Shown here: piece by piece, positions 1 to 10,249 of the stretch
Position numbering within the stretch: position 1 is the stretch's first letter
How the letters are laid out: each line of letters begins with the position of its first letter
Assembly: GCF_036971445.1 (NCBI RefSeq)
Contig: NW_027211801.1
Coordinates: 434,001 to 498,000, forward strand
Source of the DNA: Narcine bancroftii
Taxonomy: Eukaryota
DNA length: 64,000 nucleotides
Direction: 5' to 3'
The notes under the pieces: model-generated
The model's database searches: none
What the model was told of the DNA's origin: nothing
What the model saw: only the letters and a program-made list of their open reading frames with translations
Program-made: the position numbers and the translations under genes

Positions 1-510
1 TTCACCTCCTATGTAAAAATCTATACAACCTTGCCTTCAATATATTTACTGAGGATGCCTGGAATGCTTCAATGGGCAGCGAATTCCACAGATTCCCCAC
101 CCTCTGGGAATAGCAGTTCCTCCTCATCTCCATCCTAATGCTACTCCCCTGGATCTTGAGGCAAAGTCCCCTCGTTCTGGTCTCCCCCACCAATGGGCAC
201 AACTCACCGAGCTCTTTCTTATCCACACCTTTCATGATTTTATACATTTCTATAAGATCCCATCCCATTCTTCTAAATTCCAGCAAGTGCTAACACAGAC
301 AACTCATTCTCTCTTCATAGGCCAACCCCTTCATCTCTGGAATCAACTTGGTGAACGTCCTCTGCACCGATTTAAAGCCAGGACATCCTTCCTCAGGTAA
401 GGAGACCAGAACTGCTACAGTTCTCCAGATGCAGCCTGAACAGGACTTTGTACAGTTATAGCACAATCTGCCTGCTACTAAATTCAATCCCTCCAGCCCT
501 GAAGGCCAAG
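1..510 (-). mobile_element. CR1 LINE 3' fragment
   Basis: ORFs 2..286 and 290..487 translate to the CR1 ORF2 C-terminus (LEFRRM.DLIE.YKIMKG..., QRV.NLWNSLP). Confidence 0.85.
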
Positions 511-559
511 ATTCCTGTCCCTGAACTCCTGCAATGTATCCATGGCTGAAACGCCAGTG

Positions 560-1425
560 CTGATTTCCTTTCCTTAATTATGTCCACGTTGTTAAAAGCC
601 ATCTTATGAAAAGCAAAATAAATAAAAGTGAAGGGTTACTGGAAGGACTCAGCCAGCCAAGTAGCATCTGTGGAGATAAATCCACCAGAATCAGGATTTA
701 TTGGCACAAACATGCCAATCCGTGTCAAAGAAGAACCTGTGAGGGTGGAAAACCAGAATAAAACAGTAAGGGACGTCGCCCAAATCTCAGAATGACCAAA
801 ATCAACTGTTTGGAACATCATTGAGAAGAAAGAGGATCCAGGTGATCTCAGTCAATGCAATGGGACTGGTCGACCAAGGAAAATCTCCACTGTTGATGAC
901 AGAAGAAATCTCAGCAGAATGAAGAAGATTCCCCAAATTCCTGTCGGACCGATCAGAAACACTCTTCAGGAGGCAGGTGTGGATACATCATGGCGACTGT
1001 CCACAGGAGACTAAGGTTTGACGATGTCTCTCACTGCTTTATTCTGGTTTTCCAGCCTCATAATGGATTCTTTCACTTTCATTGGCTCAACTCTGGTCCT
1101 CGTGTAGAAAGATGGCAACCACAGACTCCAAACACTTTGAGCAAGTCTCGCTCACTTATACCTGCACCAATGAAGCAATTAAACACACCTGAGTTCTCAC
1201 AAACAGCGGTGAAGCCAAATGTCCCAAACGTTATGGTTCGCTGAAATGACGGGACTATGGATAAAAAGGGCTGTAATTTCTCCATGGTCAAGCCAAACTG
1301 TGTACAAATAACCTTGATTATAAAGTGGAATGTGGACTTTATTTGTTGCTGTTCTCCTCAGTTTTCAACTTGAAATCAGACAATTCACATGTATTTAAAG
1401 GGAAAAAGCATCTTAGTTCCAAACA
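560..1425. mobile_element. Tc1/mariner-derived non-autonomous remnant with an internal inverted duplication
   Basis: Transposase N-terminus-like sequence (aaccagaataaaacagtaag...ccaaaatcaactgtttggaacatcatt...gatgacagaaga); from ~1010 the reverse complement of its own left part follows; second copy at ~10790-11620. Confidence 0.6.
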
Positions 1426-1429
1426 TCCT

Positions 1430-2130
1430 AAACTGAGGAGTGGGGGAGAACAGAGGGACCTGGGAATACAGATACATCATTGTCTGAACATGGCATCACG
1501 GGGGGATAGGGGTGGAAAGAGAGCTTTTGGAATCTTGACCTTCATAAATGGAAGTATTGAGAACAGGAGTTGGGATATTTTGGTCAAGTTCTATTAGATA
1601 TTGGTGAGGCCAAATCTGGAGCATCGTGTGCAGTTTTCATCACCAAACTACAGGAAAGTTATCACAAAGATTGAAAGAGAGCAGAGAAGATTTACAAAGA
1701 AGTTGCCCCGACTTCAGGAACTGAGGTACAAGTAAAGGTTAAACAGGTGAAGACTTTATTCCCTGGAATGTAGAAGAATGAACGGAGATTTGATAGAGGT
1801 ATTTAAAATTATGAGGGAGATAGAGAGAGTAAATATAGGCAGGATTTTCCCGTGAGGGGAGGTGAGATAGAGACCAGAGGACATGGGTTAAAGGAGAAAG
1901 GGAAAAAGATTTGGGTGAACTTCACACAGAAAGCGGTGGGATTGTGGAATGAGGTGCCAGCTAAAGTGGTGAATGCAGGCTCAATGTTCACATTTTAGAA
2001 GTATTTGGACAGGTACCTAGATGGGAGGAGTATGGACGGCTATGGGTGGGGTGCATGTCAGTGGGACTAGGCAATAACATGGTTCGACACAGACTAGATG
2101 GGCTGAAAGGCCTGTTTTGTCTGTAATGTT
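1430..2130 (+). mobile_element. CR1 LINE 3' fragment
   Basis: EQRDLGIQIH...AFGIL.FIN.SIE.RSW..LV motif and CR1-type 3' UTR. Confidence 0.85.
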
Positions 2131-2527
2131 CTTTGATGAAGGGCACTGTGTCTCTGGCTAATTAGTGGTAATTATGCCTCTCCCGCAGGAGAAAGTTTGT
2201 GTTATGTCATGTATGTGACCTGAGAACAAATCTGATTATTTCAGGGATCACAACCAGATTAGGTGATTCTCCACCCCACGGTGTTCTCCTGACACCTCTC
2301 CCTCATGGGCATCCCTTCTTAAACAGAGCCTCCGGAGCTGCTTTGCACACGCTAGAGCCGGATTGGCTCCGGGAGTTCAAGGAACCCAATCGCGCAGCTT
2401 TGTCTTCGCCTGTCTGGACCGATGATCTCTGCGCCGCGTCTCCTGTGATCTATGATGGTCTGGATTCCAGGTGAGAAGTCAGGGGGCCATTCCCCATTTA
2501 TTATAACCTGCCCCCTCCAGCAAAGGT

Positions 2528-2555
2528 CACATTGAGAACGCACTGTACAAAAACC
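2528..2555 (+). promoter_or_regulatory. V-side recombination signal sequence (12-RSS)
   Basis: Heptamer CACATTG (2528-2534, 6/7 match to CACAGTG), 12-bp spacer agaacgcactgt, perfect nonamer ACAAAAACC (2547-2555); abuts the V 3' end. Confidence 0.93.
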
Positions 2556-2649
2556 CTCTGGGGTGGCCTGAGATTCAGATTTCTTGTCAGAGCCCGCACA
2601 TCCATCACCGGGATTCTTTCTCCTGCCTGCCCGGCCGATTGACCACCCA

Positions 2650-2975
2650 TTACTAGCGACTCCCCATTCTCCCTCTCTTCCCCATCTCCCTCTCCCCTTC
2701 CCTTCAGCTCTCCACCTCCTTTCCCTCTCCATTCACAGACCCATCCCCCCTCCCCTTGTTGGCTGATGTGCCCTCCCTCCCTTATCCACCTCTGACCTCC
2801 TGCCTATTTGGATTCCTGCTCCACCCCCGCCCCCTCACCATTTTGTCCGCGCGCCCCCTCAACCCTTGTTGAAGGGCTCAGGCTATTTCTGCTACCTAAA
2901 GTTTGATGCTTGACCTGCTGAGTTTCCCCACCGTTGTTCCAACTTCAATCATTGCGTCTGCAGACTTTCCTTTTT
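2650..2975 (+). mobile_element. Penelope-like element terminal fragment in the V-J spacer
   Basis: Pyrimidine-rich stretch, then tgaagggctca...ttgacctgctgagtttc...gtctgcagacttt, homologous to 20234-20370. Confidence 0.5.
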
Positions 2976-3287
2976 CATTCCTCACCTATTTAAACTTTCC
3001 CTGTAACTGAGATCCTCAAGACATGGTAACATTCGTGCAAATCCTCCGCCCACCTCCTTCCAATGTTATTGTTGTCTTTCCTGCAGTTTGGTGACCAAAT
3101 GCATGTAATTCTCCAAATTTAGCCTTCCCAATGTCTGAGTGTTAACTCTTTCTCCCGCACACACCTGAATGTTTCCCCTTACTTGTGATATGACTGGTTC
3201 GATTTTTGCTTTCAGGTCTCTTCTGTGATGTGGATTCGCCTGAACAATGCAGGGATTGGTGCTGAAGACGGCCTGTCGGAGCATGGG

Positions 3288-3327
3288 AGTTTTTAGGAGG
3301 TCCTCTCTATTGGAACATTGCACAGGT
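3288..3327 (+). promoter_or_regulatory. Decayed J-side 23-RSS-like signal
   Basis: Nonamer-like AGTTTTTAG (3288-3296, 6/9 match to GGTTTTTGT) about 23-24 nt upstream of CACAGGT at the J start; heptamer assignment is ambiguous (CATTGCA at 3316 is an alternative). Confidence 0.55.
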
Positions 3328-3533
3328 CTACGACCCTGGAACGATATTGGTCATTACCAGTGAGTGAACTCAAGTAAATTTTGGGACATTTATTTCTCGA
3401 TTTGCGAATTAAAAAAAAAATCATTTTGTCCATGAGCACAGAAGATGTCAGTAAACTGTCAAGACACAGCACTGTAGACAGATTCTGCAGATCCCCCTAA
3501 GCCAGATGAGGTTTAAAAAGTCACCTCAACACA

Positions 3534-6123
3534 TGTGGCATTGATTAAAGTTCACACTCGACTGGAGGGAGAACAAATGGTTTTATTAGCTGACAACACA
3601 GGTGGGGTTCACGAATAGGCTTCAGTGGGGTTCTGGGTTTAGGCAGAAAACCAGGGTTTATATACAGGCTCCAGGGGGAGGAGCTGGGAGGCAGGACCAG
3701 TCATCAGTACAGCACACTTCTAGTGAATCCCAGTTCACTACATTCACCCCTTCCTTCAGAATTAAGGGTCTGTGGATGACGAGAACAAGGATCAATAGCC
3801 AGGAAGAGACACAGAAGAGAAATATTTATGATAGTTTTTCCAGATTGAGGAGGTCCAGGGGTCTGGAGATCCTGGTGAAGTGCCTTAGCGCCGAGGTGTA
3901 ATGGGGTCTTTGAGTCTCGTGGTCCGTCTGTGGTGGAAGGTTAGTGGGCTAGGGCTCCAGCTCGACAATGGAGGTGGATTCACTCTCCTCCAAAACCTGG
4001 TCCTGTGAGGCCCCGAGCAGGGGTGGGGAGAAAATGCTCAGTAGTTTGTGGGGCCTCTGAGGCAATGGATCCTCTGTTCCAGCAGGTGTCTGGTCCCTGA
4101 CGGAGATGGTGTCTTCCCTACCATCCAGGCATGGCATGTATGCGTACGTGGGGTTGGCATGGAGCAATTTCACCCTTTCCACCTTGCTTCTCCTCGCTTC
4201 TCCTTACGTGCTTCTTGAAAAGGACCGGAGCAGGACTACTGAGCCGAGCTGGGAGCTTAGTCCCTGATGTTGACCTTCTGTTGAATGTAAACGTGAGCTC
4301 ATGAGCAGTAGGTTTGTTTGCAGAGCAGAGTAGCGACCAAATGGAGTGGTGCGTGATGGGGAGGACATCCTGCCAGCATGAGTCTGGAAGGCCTTCTTGC
4401 TTCAGGGCAAGTTTGACAGCCTTTCAGATCGGGGCATTCTCTTTTTCAACCAGCCCATTCCCCTGGGGGTTGTAACTGGTTGTCCTGTTGGACGTGATGC
4501 ACCCACCAGCAGGAACTGAGGCAGCTCCTCGCTGATGAAGGCTGAGCCCCTGTCACTATCAATATAGCTGGGATACTTGAACAGTTGAAAATAGAATCTA
4601 GGCCCTTCATAACAGACGTAGCAGGTGTGCCTGAGCACGGGATGGCGACTGGGATGTGGGAGTATTCATCGATGAATGAAATCATATATTCCAGTTCGTG
4701 GAGAGGCAAGGTCTTGTAGAATTGATACTGAGCCGTTCAAAAGGCCTGAATGACTTAATCAGGTGTGCTTTTGCTGGGTGATAAAAGTGCGACTTATACT
4801 CAGTGCAGACCTGGCATGACCTGACGTTTTCTATTGCATAGGGAAAGTTGCGGGACTTGATCAAATGAGCCATGCGGGTGACCCCTGGGTGGCAGAGCAT
4901 ATTCTGTAAGGTCCACAGTTGACCAGTGTATGCGGATGCACATCATCCCCTGGACAAGGCATCTGGAGTGTGGATAAGGGCTTCCTGGCCGGTAGATGAT
5001 GCCCAAAATTCTCGGTGGATAGTTCAATCATCCACAAAGAAATTTTGTCATTCTCGATGTCGTTCTTGATTTTTGCGCTATTTCCGTAGGCAGCAGGATG
5101 CGCAGCAGGCAATCTTGGGTGAGCCCGGGGCAGATGGCTTGGTACTGGAAGCCGGACCTCCCTTTGCATGGCACTCCCTCACCCAATGTCCCTTCTTCTC
5201 ACAGCTGGAGCACGCAAGTCTTTGGCTGGGCAGCAGGCAACGGGATGCTGTCCCTTGTTGCAGAAAAAGCACTCCTGGGTTCAGAAGGCAGCTGCCTTTA
5301 GAGGGAGGATCCGGTCCTTGGAGGTGCTCACCCGAGAGTGCCATCTCGTAGGCCACGAGGACATTGTTCTCGAGACTGACCTGTTCCAGAGATTTGGCCA
5401 GCGTGACATGGCTAATGATGTTTTTCCTTCTTGACTCAAGCAGTTGCTGCCTCACATGCTTGGCGTGGACCCCCACGGCCAGAGTGTTCTGGATCTGTTT
5501 ATCTTTCCAGATGTGGCCTGAGGTGGCCACATACCTGCTCTTCTTAGCCAGTGTCCGCATAACCAGGACATTGTCCTCAATCGACTCTCCAGGCCGTTTG
5601 CGTCGTAGGGCAAGCCAGTGCCTCACTAGGTCCACGTTCGGGGCTTTTATGTAGTGGGCATTCAGATGCTCGATGGTGGGCTCGTACATCAGGAAATCTC
5701 GGACGACTACGTACCCGTTCGTCCCTACCCTTGTCATGACCGCTGAACTCCAGAGTTTGTCTGTATGGAAGATGTCCCTGGCCGAGTTCAGGTAGGCCTG
5801 GAAGCAGTCTAGCCAATATGAAAACTCCAGAGCCGCATTCAGGAGACTGGGGGTCTGTTAGCAGCAAACTTGGCTTGAGTAACATCTCCATCCTTGTTTG
5901 TCAGCTAATAAAATTGTGGTGGGGAATAAAAGATCACAATCGACTGGAGGGAGAACATACACTTTTATTAGATTACAACACAGGTAGGGGTCATGAATAG
6001 GCTTCAGTTTGGTTCTGGGTTTAGGTGTGAAACTAGGGTTAGATACAGGTAACAGGGGGAGGAGCAGGGAGGTGGGACCAGTCGTCAGTACGGCACATTA
6101 ATAGTGAATCGCAGTTCACAACA
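3534..6123 (-). mobile_element. Ty3/Gypsy LTR retrotransposon, internally deleted (gag and integrase remnants, no RT)
   Basis: TG..CA LTRs at 3534-3742 and 5915-6123, clearly diverged from each other; PPT next to 3742; gag from 5891 with CCHC knuckle CSSCEKKGHWVREC; integrase zinc finger (CHPGVTRM..CQVC) and core (SDRGSAFIS); no TSD found. Confidence 0.9.
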
Positions 6124-6194
6124 GAGATTAAAGGAATATGGTGAAATAACAGGTTATAAAATTAATTGAGATAAAAGTGAAATGATGCTTTTGG

Positions 6195-7790
6195 TTGAGG
6201 GGCATTATACTCAATGCAAAAAAAAGGTTCAATTTAAATGGTATTAATGTTGAGATAGTCAGATGGGTTCAACAGTGGCTTGAAGATAGACACCAAAGAG
6301 TATTGGTGGATAACTGTCTGTCAGGATGGAGGCTGGTGATGAGTGGTGTGCCTCAGGGCTCGCTGTTGGGTCCCTTGTTGTTTGTCATTTATATTAATGA
6401 TTTGGATGATGGAGTGGAAAATTGGGGTTAATAAAGATGAAGATGATACAAAAATAGGGTTTTTGGGAACTGCAGAAGGATTTGGACTGTTTAGAAGAGT
6501 GGGCTGAAAGATGGCAGATGGAGTTTACTATCGATAAGTGTGAAGTACTTCATTCTGGGAAGAATAATCAAAACAGGAAATATGCAGTGAAGGGGAGGGC
6601 ATTGAGGAATGCAGAGGAACAAAGAGATCTTGGAATAAGGTCTCATTGTTCTTTGAAAATGGATTCTCATGAAAATAGGGTGGTAAAGAAGGTTTTGGGC
6701 ATGCTGGCCTTTATAAATCAAAGCAGAGAATATAGGATCTGGGAGGTGGTATTAAGACTGTTCAAGGCATTGGTGAGGCCAAATTTAGAATAGTGTGTGC
6801 AGTTGTGGGCCCCAAATTATAGGAAGGATATCAATAAGATAGAGAGGGTTCAGAGAAGATTTACTAAAATGTTGCCTGGATTGCAGTATCTAGAATACAA
6901 AGAATGATTGAGTTGACTGGGTCTTTATTCATCCGAGCATAGAAGGCTGAGGGAGGAATGGATAGAGGTTTTTAAAATTATGAGGGGGACAGACAGAGTA
7001 GATGTGCATAGGCTCTTCCCCTTGAGGTTCGGTGAGATTGGAACGAGGGGTTATAATTTAAGGGTTGGGGGCAAAAGTTTAGAAGTAATATGAGAGGGAG
7101 CTTCTTCACTCAGAGAGTGGGGGCTGAGTGGTTGCAGCAGGGCCAATGTTGTCATTTAAGAGACGGTTGAACGTCGAAGTACTCGAGATGGCAGAGGTCG
7201 ACAGCATCGAGTCCACGCTGCTGAAGATCCAGCTGCGCTGGATGGGTCACGTCTCCAAGATCGTGTTATATGGCGAGCTCTCCACTGGCCACCGTGACAG
7301 AGGTGCACCAAAGAAAAGGTACAAGGACTGCCTAAAGAAATCTCTTGATGCCTGCCACATTGACCACCGCCAGTGGGCTGATAACGCCTCAAACCGTGCA
7401 TCTTGGCGCCTCACAGTTTGGCGGGCAGCAACCTCCTTTGAAGAAGACCGCAGAGCCCTCCTCACTGACAAAAGGCAAAGGAGGAAAAACCCAACACCCA
7501 ACCCCAACCAACCAATTTTCCCCTGCAACCGCTGCAACCGTGTCTGCCTGTCCCGCATCGGACTTGTCAGCCACAAACGAGCCTGCAGCTGACGTGGACT
7601 TTTTACCCCCTCCATAAATCTTCGTCCGCAAAGCCAAGCCAAAGAAAGAGAATGAGTACTTGGATGTGAGGGGATTGGAGGGTTCTGGACAGGGAGTGAG
7701 TGGGTGGGAGAAGAGGAGATCACTTAAATCGGTGTGGACGAGAGGGGCTGATATCGCCTGTTTCCGTACTGTAATTGGAGTATATGGTGA
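6195..7790 (+). mobile_element. CR1 LINE, 5'-truncated, interrupted by an RTE
   Basis: [24 protein letters not shown] motif and downstream CR1 ORF2. Confidence 0.9.
7170..7650 (+). mobile_element. RTE-clade LINE 3' fragment
   Basis: QLRWMGHV...LYGELSTG.R.RGAPKKRYKD...[21 protein letters not shown]; purine-rich GAA-type tail. Confidence 0.9.
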
Positions 7791-9640
7791 TATGGTAGAG
7801 GGATTAAATATTTGGGAATTAAAATGTATAAAATTTGGATAATTTATATTAGTTGAATTATTTACCATTATTTAATAAAATTAAAGATGATTTGAATAGA
7901 TGGAATTATTTACCTATAACTTTAATAGGAAGAGTGAATTATTTCAAGATGAATATTTTCCAAATGATTCAATATCTTTGTCAATACATCAAAAAATTTT
8001 AAGGATCTGTTTAATTATGAGGAAATTTTTGTAGAAAGGTAAAATGGTTAGAATTTCCTTAGAGAAATTAACTTGGAAATTTCAATCACAGTGTCCTGTA
8101 GTGAGCCAGGTCAAACACACACATGACTGGCCAAATCACTGCAGCAAACAACCAATACGGGAGAGCACGGATACTTTATTCCCACCGCACTGAAGTTCCA
8201 GGCTGCAGGAGCACGTTGCCAGGGGAATGACCAGGCCTTACAGCTGCATTATGACATCACCCCCATGAGCATGTCACCCTTCCCACCCCCACTAAAAAGG
8301 AATGCGCGTGGTTTGAATAAATGGCAGATACTGGTTTACGTGCTTGGTGTGGACAGCATTTAATTCAGCAGCTCTGCCTTTAGCAGTGCGACATTTTACA
8401 GCTTCCACATTTCCAAATTATTATAACACCGCTCAGTTCAGATTTATTAATGGAATTTTAATTGAAGTAAGGACCCACTAATACTGAAATTTTTAATTAA
8501 ATTATGGAATAAAATAGATTATGAGATAGGTGGGAAAGGTTAGATTTCATGTAAAACAACTTTATACCAACATAATTTTTTTCTTTTGACTGTTAATAAT
8601 CAATTTATAAAGATAGGAATCAAATAGGGATTCAAATGATAGAAAATTGATTTGAAGTTGGTTATTATGTTTCTTTTCAAATAAAAATAATACCTTTTTG
8701 TTATTATCACATTAAAACTTTATAAATTGATAAATTAGGTCAAAGTTTAAGATTACCTTGCCAGTCTGAGGTAGAAATTTTACTTACTAAAGAGAGTATT
8801 AAGACATTTGTTTCAGAAATGTATAAATTACTTCAAAGCAAATTGTCCAAATCAGATATTCATAAATCAAGATTAAAGTGGGAAACTGATTTAGGTAAAA
8901 CAATAGATCAAGATGATTGGAGTATGTTATGTGAAGATAATATGACTAAAATTATCAATGCAAGATGCAGATTAGAACAATATAACTTTTTACATTAATT
9001 ATATTTAACACCTGAAAAATTAAAAAGATTTAATTGAATTTCGTATGAGTTATGTTTTAGACATCATAGGTTCTTTTGTTCACTCAACTTGGCCGTGTAT
9101 TAAAGCATGTTGAGAGAAAGTGTTAAAGGTTAAACTTCCGTTAGACCCAAAGTTATTTCTATTAGGATATATTAAAATGTTTAGTTTAAAATTAAGGTAA
9201 ATCATTTATCAAATTGAATTTTTACAACTGGCGATTACTTGGAAGTCTGATATGGATATGTGGATGCAGAAATAACATACTGAAATGAGATCTTGTTTTC
9301 CTCTTCAAAGGTTAACTTAGAATTTAAATGGTAAATAATTTTTTTAACAATATGGAACCCATATTTACAACAAGTGTTTTTGAAAATTTCAGCTCTCAAC
9401 AGCTCGTCCTCCTGGTGGGACTCGGTTTCACGGGGGTTAATTTGAACTTATATATTCATTCATAATCTTTGACATCTTTCTTTCTGAAGGGTATTGGAAG
9501 GGAGGTGGGTTGTGGGGAGGGAGTAGGGTTTAGTATATATACCACATGTATTGTCTTATATATATGTAAATATATATATATATAATTCATTATTGACTTA
9601 ATGTTGTGGTTTTAAAATTTTTAATCAAATAGTCAAAGAA
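7790..9640 (+). mobile_element. Old L1-clade LINE 3' part (also 6124-6194)
   Basis: AT-rich decayed ORF2 similar to the L1 at 39602-45462 (IKYLGI, LPITLIGRVN..KMNIF); G-rich 3' UTR near 9500. Confidence 0.75.
8097..8393 (+). mobile_element. Probable solo LTR inserted in L1
   Basis: TGTAG...GCGACA ends, AATAAA near 8316, GC-richer than the L1 it interrupts; TSD not clear. Confidence 0.5.
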
Positions 9641-10249
9641 AAACCAACAGCAATGGCTCCAGCCTTGATCCCTCAGACACACCACTAGTCACAGACCTCC
9701 AGTCTGAGAAGCAATAATCTGCTACCACTTTAATGGTCTTTCGGCCCATTACAACCACGCATTCACTGCTCCTGTCCTGTCCCTAACACCGACTTCCTGC
9801 TGTTTTTGCTTCCCTCTCGGCCTTTGCTCCCGGACTGAAGTTCAGTACTTGAATGGCCTCAGAACTGTAATGTTTATCTTTAATATCTTCACCCAGAGCC
9901 TCGCAGAAAATGGTGGAGCTTTAATGATTCCAGAATTATAAACACACATCTCCACATCAGCACTCACTCCCTTTCTGTCTCCTCCCCCGTCCTCTCAACA
10001 ACTGCTAGAGCCCAGTGACCACAACACCTGTCTGCATGATTAAAAACAGTGTAGATTTGTGTAGCAGCAGCTAAATAAAGGCTCGGACAACACCGCCAGC
10101 GTCCCAGAGGGAGCTCATGAGAACCACAGAAGGCAGCTGTCTTTTCAAACCTGGAAACCATTGCCTGACGAGGCCTGAGGGTGAGGGAGGAGGGAACAAG
10201 TCCCAGATACATCAAACCTTTTGACTGAACTGATGATGGGCTCATCTCC

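Larger units (their letters stand above)
1..2520 (+). repeat. Segmental duplication, paralogous to ~10250-12910 (CR1 fragment, Tc1 fragment, CR1 3' end, IgL promoter and leader)
   Basis: Same succession of fragments and junctions, e.g. ttgccttcaat..gaattccacagattccccaccctctggg near 31 and near 10310, and gtcatgtatgtgacc near 2206 and 12636. Confidence 0.9.
2422..3359 (+). pseudogene. Ig light chain (sigma-cart/type I) pseudogene, copy A: split V-J configuration, V almost entirely deleted
   Basis: Leader exon 2422-2470 (MISAPRLL*SMMVWIP, TGA at 2446-2448, donor GTGAGA); V 3' remnant CAGCAAAGGT 2518-2527 followed by a 12-RSS; J remnant VYDPGTILVIT ending at 3359 with donor GTGAGT; ~170 bp of J-C intron homology to copy B; no C exon seen downstream. 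Confidence 0.88.
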
